Assembly: GCA_010405405.1 (NCBI GenBank) | Contig: MU004232.1 | Coordinates: forward strand, 193,540 to 257,539 | Length of the DNA: 64,000 nt | Direction of reading: 5' to 3' | Source: Microthyrium microscopicum | Taxonomy: Eukaryota | Shown here: positions 60,768 to 64,000 of the stretch, piece by piece | Numbering within the stretch: the first letter of the stretch is position 1 | Layout: every line of letters begins with the position of its first letter | Program-made: the position numbers and the translations under genes | The notes under the pieces: model-generated | Told to the model about the DNA's origin: nothing | Database searches by the model: none | Seen by the model: the letters and a program-made list of their open reading frames with translations, nothing else

Positions 60768-63700
60768 TGATCGGTTTATTGGGTGCTTCGTGATGCCGAT
60801 TGTCTGGGTGGATGATGATGTTGCTAGATATGCGGATTCTCCATGCTTTCTCAGCGCAATTTTGGCTTTTCCGCTTCACAATATAGCCTGCGTGTCATCA
60901 CTCTGATTTCGATCTCTTATTGATTCTTCAGTGGGCAAAATTATGCTTCGTTCATTTCAGTGTTGACTGTTGATGAGATGATGAGTCTCATGGGATGAAG
61001 TTGGATGGAGTGGAGACATTGACTTCAACTTTGGTTCGCGCTTCATCTTGTTCAGAGCAAAATGCAAAATATCATGGTCAAAGTCATATAAAATATTAAT
61101 GTGGTTCATGTTTCTATTATAATATTCCGTGCCTCCAGAACTCACAATGAGCTTTAAAAATCTTGAAAAGTGTAGAAATTCACTTTATTTGAACAGTGTA
61201 AAGGCTTCATTGACAGCTTCCATGATACAGCCTCAATCTCACTATCAAAAACCATAATTGGAAAAACAATCTCTTAATTATGCTGCGACCTAATAGCAAG
61301 AAGTTGGAAACGTCGTCACATGCGACTAGAGCAGGAAATTTCTAGTTCTTAAAGTTGATTGATGTCCCAGGCGATCTCATGCTGGTAGCATCGGTCCATT
61401 ATTTTAGCTGTTTGACAGTACAATCACTGACACATAATTGCTCATATTTCACCCGAGAAGGTCCGATTGGAACACATTCATTGAACACTGGATCCAAATA
61501 CCCAAAAACCCAATGGTGGGCTGAAGCAAAGATGTGTATTTGGTAGACAATCTCACAGAGCTTGCAATGGATCGTGTTTACCTCTGCCAGACTATCGAGT
61601 CAACTCTTCGCTCCACCGTCACCGCTACTTTGAGTCATATGCGGAGAAGACCGCCTAGAATAACTCTCTGCTTCAGTATCAATGGACACTATCTGACTGG
61701 CATCCATCGATCAATGCGATACAAACCAGAGACTGCCAGTCTCTACGGCTAAACAAGGAAGAAAAGGGTACAATGAACTATAGCAAACTATCGATTGACA
61801 CCTGATTACTGCTAGATTGAAAAACGTCATCATTGGACGCGACTTCTACCAAAAAAAATATGCGTTCTCAAGTTTACTGATACTCTAATAATTGGCTGGG
61901 ACGAAAGAGTGGAGACAATCGGAGAATTCCCATGGGACCCGGTACCAGTTACTGCATATGCCAAGGCGCAAACCCTTTGTTTTTGGGTTCATTGGGTGAT
62001 CAGCCGAAAGCATGATACAAGTTGCTTAAAGAGTTTTGAGCTGATATGATCCTGCGAAAGCAGTTTATCGGAGCAGGCTCCTTAGTCTGCCATTGACTTG
62101 TGGTCAGTAGTTCATGCTGGATAAGAATTATTGCTGGGCCACCATTATATCGCTAGAAAACCAAGCTAATGAATAGGGAGGTATTACAAGGTTGCAACCC
62201 TCGAACAGGAGCTGGTCATTACACTCATGAGAGCTTGCAATTCGAATCATGGAAAGCGAGATGGGCAAGAAAACCAATGAAACACTAAGTGTTTTCTTGC
62301 GATGGGCAAGTGAACTTCAGTTGCCATTTTCAAAATTAGTATAATTTGGGACCCATTTAACAGTCAGTACCATTTCAAGAAAAACAGTGTAAACAATGAT
62401 GAAATGTGTGATACATTTCCCAGTACTTAATCGAGGACAAGATGTTACCAATCCTCATGAAGGACTTCAGGAATCACAGTCAATAGGGTATGATGTTCTA
62501 CGTGGCAGTAAGTATACATACTGCCGCTATAGGTTGATAAGTTCTCTTCTAATCCTATCTGGCAGGATTTTCGACACTACCTGTTAGGAAGTCGACGCTG
62601 TTCAACTAGAGCCGTTGATATTTGATATCGCAATTATGATGGTTACTCATTTTTCTTCAGAGTATCTGTAGAAAACAAAATGAATACCTCGATGGCTTCG
62701 GTAAGAATTACTGACTGGCAATTTAGCCAGTGATAACAAAATACTCTTGTCTTTAACTTCGACTTGTCCCTGCATAATGACATTGCAGCACCTTTCCAGT
62801 ATACTCAACACCTTATACTTGACTTGTCCGCTCATTGCCAATGCTTTAGAAGCTCAGATCCATTACAGCCTAGATCTGATAATGTGCTTCGATAAGGCCA
62901 ATAGTATCTTTCCACATATCCAGTCTGATAAAATCATACCTGCCCAAACCGTCAAACACCAAAATGTATAAATAGACAATAGATTGAAATCCGACAGATT
63001 AAACAAACAAAGCGTGATACCCCGCGACCGTGTGCCCATTGAGTCCAAGTCCAACATCCCCAGCAGTAGATCAATATACACTCCGCGATCGACTTTAGCC
63101 CGCGTGATCCGCACCTTGTTTCCCGCCTGGTGCACCGCTGACAACCCTTCCAACGTCAGATTCGATATATGTGACTGAGTTATAGACAACTCCAATGACC
63201 TCGGGTGTGGCCTTGAAACTGGAGCAATGGGGTCATTGCGTCGGTTTCCCACTGCGTGCGTTTTGATAGTCTGGTAGCATTGCGGAGAGACTGTCAAACA
63301 CCACCACCCCACATTTTGTCTTTTCATGCATTGCGCGGTTGAGAAACATTGTGTGATGCACGCAATACTTACATGTCAAACACGATGCGTTTCTCAGGGT
63401 TTATAACAACCCGATATTTCTGGAAAGTCGTTCAACCCATTGAGATAGCTCCAATCGGAAATGCGTGACAAATTGTCGCGATATCCATGCTATCTGCGCG
63501 ATCTCGCTGATTGCACTGACATTGACAACACGCTGCTAGATCCTGTCGCAGCACTCATTGATAACAAACGCTCTAGAATCTGGTCAGGGTGCAGGTTAAC
63601 AGGTCATCTGAGCAGATATCACCACTTGTGCGGGGGAAGACGTGAGAGTTAGATGTAAGTGATGCGCCACAAAAACCCGCAAGGCTGGGTAAGGTTATCT

Positions 63701-64000
63701 CTGCGCAGCCGCTTTTAGCTCAACGCCAATCCCGAAGGGTGGTGGGGAATAATCAGGGTGTGGCATGCGCTACAGCAAGGCTGTTTGACCACGGGCCGTC
63801 GGCGCGGTACGAGGACTGGATTATCCAGTAGTTGTTATATTATTGATATGTCTTTGAAAAGTAGAAGGTGCAACTTGCGCACTGTATGATGGGGGTTGAC
63901 TTGCTAAAAATACGTTTGTGTTGGGCTTCAGCCTCACGTACCTCGGTGAGTATCTTGATAGATGGGTGAAACCATCAGGCTGGCAGGTCAAGGGGCTGCT

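Overview
Eukaryotic, intron-containing genomic DNA from a filamentous ascomycete (Pezizomycotina). Short GT-AG introns of about 45-60 nt with CTAAC/CTGAC branch sites and the protein families present support this; a black-yeast/Eurotiomycetes affinity is a tentative impression only. About 25 protein-coding loci were modelled by splicing the ORF track by hand. Housekeeping genes: ASI3-like RING E3 ligase, MSO1, YME2, flavocytochrome b2, COX5, GAPDH, HDA1, PHO80/PREG cyclin, SLY41, PEX16, RPN8 and a SWS1-like SWIM protein. Accessory genes: a 10-intron MFS transporter, a GNAT, an F-box protein, a Zn2Cys6 factor/peroxiredoxin-like/enoyl-reductase mini-cluster whose reductase is frameshifted, a cupredoxin-like membrane protein, a Kex2-processed small secreted protein and several hypotheticals. 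I found no tRNA, rRNA, CRISPR array or intact transposon. Most notable observations: (1) a hidden in-frame extension behind the GAPDH stop codon ending in the PTS1 tripeptide SRL (stop-codon read-through to peroxisomes); (2) a flavocytochrome b2 with no mitochondrial presequence and a C-terminal SKL; (3) recurrent short-range C/A-rich to G/T-rich strand-skew switches that ignore gene orientation and flip codon usage mid-exon; (4) an orphan chromatin-like protein carrying a Swc3-like helical motif; (5) a probable GC-AG intron, and a uORF overlapping the PHO80 start codon. No database searches were possible, so all family calls rest on motif recognition.
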